Assembly (NCBI GenBank): GCA_016193395.1
Contig: JACPSH010000015.1
Coordinates: 102,483 to 166,482, forward strand
Direction: 5' to 3'
Length of the DNA stretch: 64,000 nucleotides
Source: Gammaproteobacteria bacterium
GTDB lineage: Bacteria; Pseudomonadota; Gammaproteobacteria; Eutrophobiales; Eutrophobiaceae
The position numbers were made by a program, and so were the translations under genes. The notes beneath the pieces are model-generated. The model made no database searches. It was not told the DNA's origin and saw nothing but the letters and a program-made list of their open reading frames with translations. Below, piece after piece: positions 61,981 to 64,000 of this stretch; within the stretch, counting starts at the first letter, position 1; every line of letters begins with the position of its first letter.

Positions 61981-63042
61981 CTACCGATCCGCGCCCGGCG
62001 GCCTGCCCGCGAATGCACAGCGCAGCAACCGCAATACCTCATCCGCGGCATAACCGGTATTGCCCCCATTCGCCACGGCGGCCGCCGCCTTGTCCACATT
62101 GGACTCCGAAAGGCCCAGCGCCCGCAGTGATTGCTTTGTGCTGGAACGCCGCATCCATTCGTAAAGATGCGCGGCGGGGTCGCTGACCCCCAACGCCGCG
62201 GCGATCAGTACTGCGTCTTCCGGCGCGGTGCGCGCCGTATGAGCGACGCTGTACGGAAGGATCACTGCGTGCGTTTCGGCATGCGGCAGATTGTACAGGC
62301 CGCCCAGCACATGGCAGATGCGATGGTGCAGACCGCTCCTGCCCAGGCCGAGCGCCGCCCCGGCCAGGCAGGAACCGTACAGCATGACGGCATGCGCCTC
62401 TACATTATCTATATGGTCCATGACCCGCGGCAGTCCCTGCGCCAGCACCCGGATCGCCTCGCGCGCCAGGAGCCCCACAACCGGATTCGTCGAGACATTG
62501 GCGATCGCCTGCGCCATGGCATTCAGCGCGCTGGGCCCGGCAATGGCCGGCGGCAGCGAGACCAGCAACTCCGGATCGTATATGACCGCAATGGGGAGCA
62601 CGCGCGGGTCACGGCCGGTGCTTTTCACGTTCCCTTCAGTCACGCCCCAGATCGGCGTCATCTCCGATCCGGCATAAGTCGTCGGGATCGCGATCTGCGG
62701 CAGCCCGGCCTCCATCCGCAGCCGCTTGCCCAGCCCGGTCGTGGAACCGCCGCCTATCGAAACCGTGCAGTCCGCCCCGGAGCCGCGCGCCGCGCGGCCT
62801 GCCTCCGCGACGACTCCGGCCGGGACGTGAACCGCCGCGCCCGCGAATGTCCCCGCTACGGAGTCGCCGAGCAGGGATCCGAGCATCTCAACGTGCCGCA
62901 GTCGTCCCGGCGTGGACAGGATCAGCGCCTTCCGCAGCCCGGACATTGCGAGGATCTGCGGCAGGCTCTGCACCGCGCCCGCGCCGAAGGTCACGTTCCA
63001 GGGAAGTCCCCTAAACTCAAAATCTTTCATGGACTTAATCAT
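61981..63042 (-). CDS. Maleylacetate reductase (iron-containing alcohol dehydrogenase family)
   Basis: ~353 aa from MIKSMKDFEFRGLPWNVTFGAGA; Fe-ADH fold; start uncertain (63030, 63042 or 63084). Confidence 0.75.
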   Translation of the reverse strand: MIKSMKDFEFRGLPWNVTFGAGAVQSLPQILAMSGLRKALILSTPGRLRHVEMLGSLLGDSVAGTFAGAAVHVPAGVVAEAGRAARGSGADCTVSIGGGSTTGLGKRLRMEAGLPQIAIPTTYAGSEMTPIWGVTEGNVKSTGRDPRVLPIAVIYDPELLVSLPPAIAGPSALNAMAQAIANVSTNPVVGLLAREAIRVLAQGLPRVMDHIDNVEAHAVMLYGSCLAGAALGLGRSGLHHRICHVLGGLYNLPHAETHAVILPYSVAHTARTAPEDAVLIAAALGVSDPAAHLYEWMRRSSTKQSLRALGLSESNVDKAAAAVANGGNTGYAADEVLRLLRCAFAGRPPGADR

Positions 63043-63165
63043 ATCAGGTGGCTGGTCCGAGTCCGGCGGATCGCCGCCCGGCATGCGCGTTTGCAAGACC
63101 TGTCCCCGTTATTCGAGAATGGCCGCACCAGCCGGGGCCGAAGCCCCTAAGCTTAGAGCGGGGAA

Positions 63166-64000
63166 ATGAACATGAACGTCCTACACGGCCATCACCATCT
63201 CACCCTCTGCGTCGGCGGCGCGCAGGAAGACTACACCTTCCATTCGGACCTGCTGGGTCTGAAGAGCGTGAAAAAGACCATCCTTTACGACGGCAAGGCG
63301 CCGATCTACCACCTTTATTATGGCAACGAGAACGGCGATCCGAGCACGCTGATCACGACCTTCTCGTTCCGCCACACCGGCCTCAAGGGCGAACGCGGCA
63401 CGGGTCAGGTGCGCACCATCGCCTGTTCCATTCCTGAATCGGCCCTGTCGTTCTGGAAGAAACGGCTCGAGGCGCACGGCTACCAGGTGGAGGAATTGGA
63501 GCGCTTCGGCGAAAACCGGCTGCGGTTCTACCACCCCTGCGGGATCGAATACGAACTCGTGGGATCGAAGAACGATCCGCGCAAGCCGCGCGGCACTGAC
63601 GAGATCCCGGAAGACAAGGCCATCCGCGGCGTGCACAGCGTCACCGTGTCGGTCCGCTCCATCAAGGAGTCGGCGAAGTTCATGAACCTGGCCATGGGCT
63701 TCGAGCAGACCCGCGACGACCGGGCCGGCGAGTATCATCGCTTCGAGGTCAACGGCGGCGGTCCCGGCAAGACCGTGGAATTCATCGTCGAAGCGGATCG
63801 CGACCAGGGGAGCTGGTTCTACGGCGAAGGCATCGTGCACCACGTCGCGTTCAAAGTGAACGACAAGGACGTGCAGAAGGAATACAAGGACTACCTGGAA
63901 GGACTCGGTTTCACCGACGTGTCCGAATCCAAGGACCGCGGCTACTTCCACTCGATCTATTTCCGCACGCCGGGCGGCGCCCTTTTTGAGGCCGCCTATT
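63166..64000 (+). CDS. VOC-superfamily ring-cleaving dioxygenase (hydroquinone dioxygenase PcpA/MhqA-like), 3'-truncated by window edge
   Basis: Manual translation MNMNVLHGHHHLTLCVGGAQEDYTFHSDLLGLKSV...GIVHHVAFKVND... open to the window end; two glyoxalase-like modules; not in the ORF track because no stop is reached. Confidence 0.7.
   Translation, partial: MNMNVLHGHHHLTLCVGGAQEDYTFHSDLLGLKSVKKTILYDGKAPIYHLYYGNENGDPSTLITTFSFRHTGLKGERGTGQVRTIACSIPESALSFWKKRLEAHGYQVEELERFGENRLRFYHPCGIEYELVGSKNDPRKPRGTDEIPEDKAIRGVHSVTVSVRSIKESAKFMNLAMGFEQTRDDRAGEYHRFEVNGGGPGKTVEFIVEADRDQGSWFYGEGIVHHVAFKVNDKDVQKEYKDYLEGLGFTDVSESKDRGYFHSIYFRTPGGALFEAAY

Overview
High-GC (~65%) proteobacterial chromosomal segment carrying about 50 genes, mixing housekeeping operons with several accessory-looking loci. 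No tRNA, rRNA, CRISPR array, transposase or integrase was recognised.

Main gene clusters:
- 1-6.6 kb: tesB (5' partial) and ETF-ubiquinone oxidoreductase, then a minus-strand tonB-exbB-exbD-exbD-TPR operon.
- 7.1-14.2 kb: hemE, gltD, gltB.
- 14.5-24.2 kb: a putrescine/polyamine-utilisation-like cluster (GATase1, PuuB-like oxidase, two PuuA-like glutamine-synthetase paralogs flanking potFGHI). Three copies of a MITE/REP-like palindromic element sit in its intergenic gaps.
- 24.5-34.6 kb: an APH-family kinase, ettA, a 1224-aa membrane-PAS-GAF-GAF-GGDEF-EAL sensor with a non-canonical GGDDY motif, srkA and a secreted M3 oligopeptidase.
- 34.8-40.3 kb: three tandem paralogous RTX/T1SS-substrate genes. 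Two carry serralysin-type HExxHxxGxxH domains; the second is interrupted by an in-frame TAG. No T1SS transporter is in the window.
- 40.5-44.2 kb: the SAM-cycle genes ahcY, a PfkB (adenosine-kinase-like) kinase and metK, with a tandem 53-bp repeat in the ahcY leader.
- 44.2-50.6 kb: a ~350-bp AT-rich island followed by an uncharacterised cassette. Two divergent paralogous class-I-MTase-like genes bracket a glycosyltransferase, a possible 2OG-oxygenase-like protein and a MetF-like reductase. The cassette carries a 42-bp direct repeat and a 48-bp perfect palindrome.
- 50.6-56.7 kb: a Tat-exported amidohydrolase, a ZnuA/ZnuB-like pair without an ATPase, a coiled-coil porin and an MFS transporter.
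- 56.7-64.0 kb: a hydroquinone-catabolism-like cluster. Pirin and yqjG are both disrupted by internal deletions around a 22-bp inverted repeat; the cluster also has a maleylacetate reductase and a PcpA/MhqA-like VOC ring-cleavage dioxygenase (3' partial).
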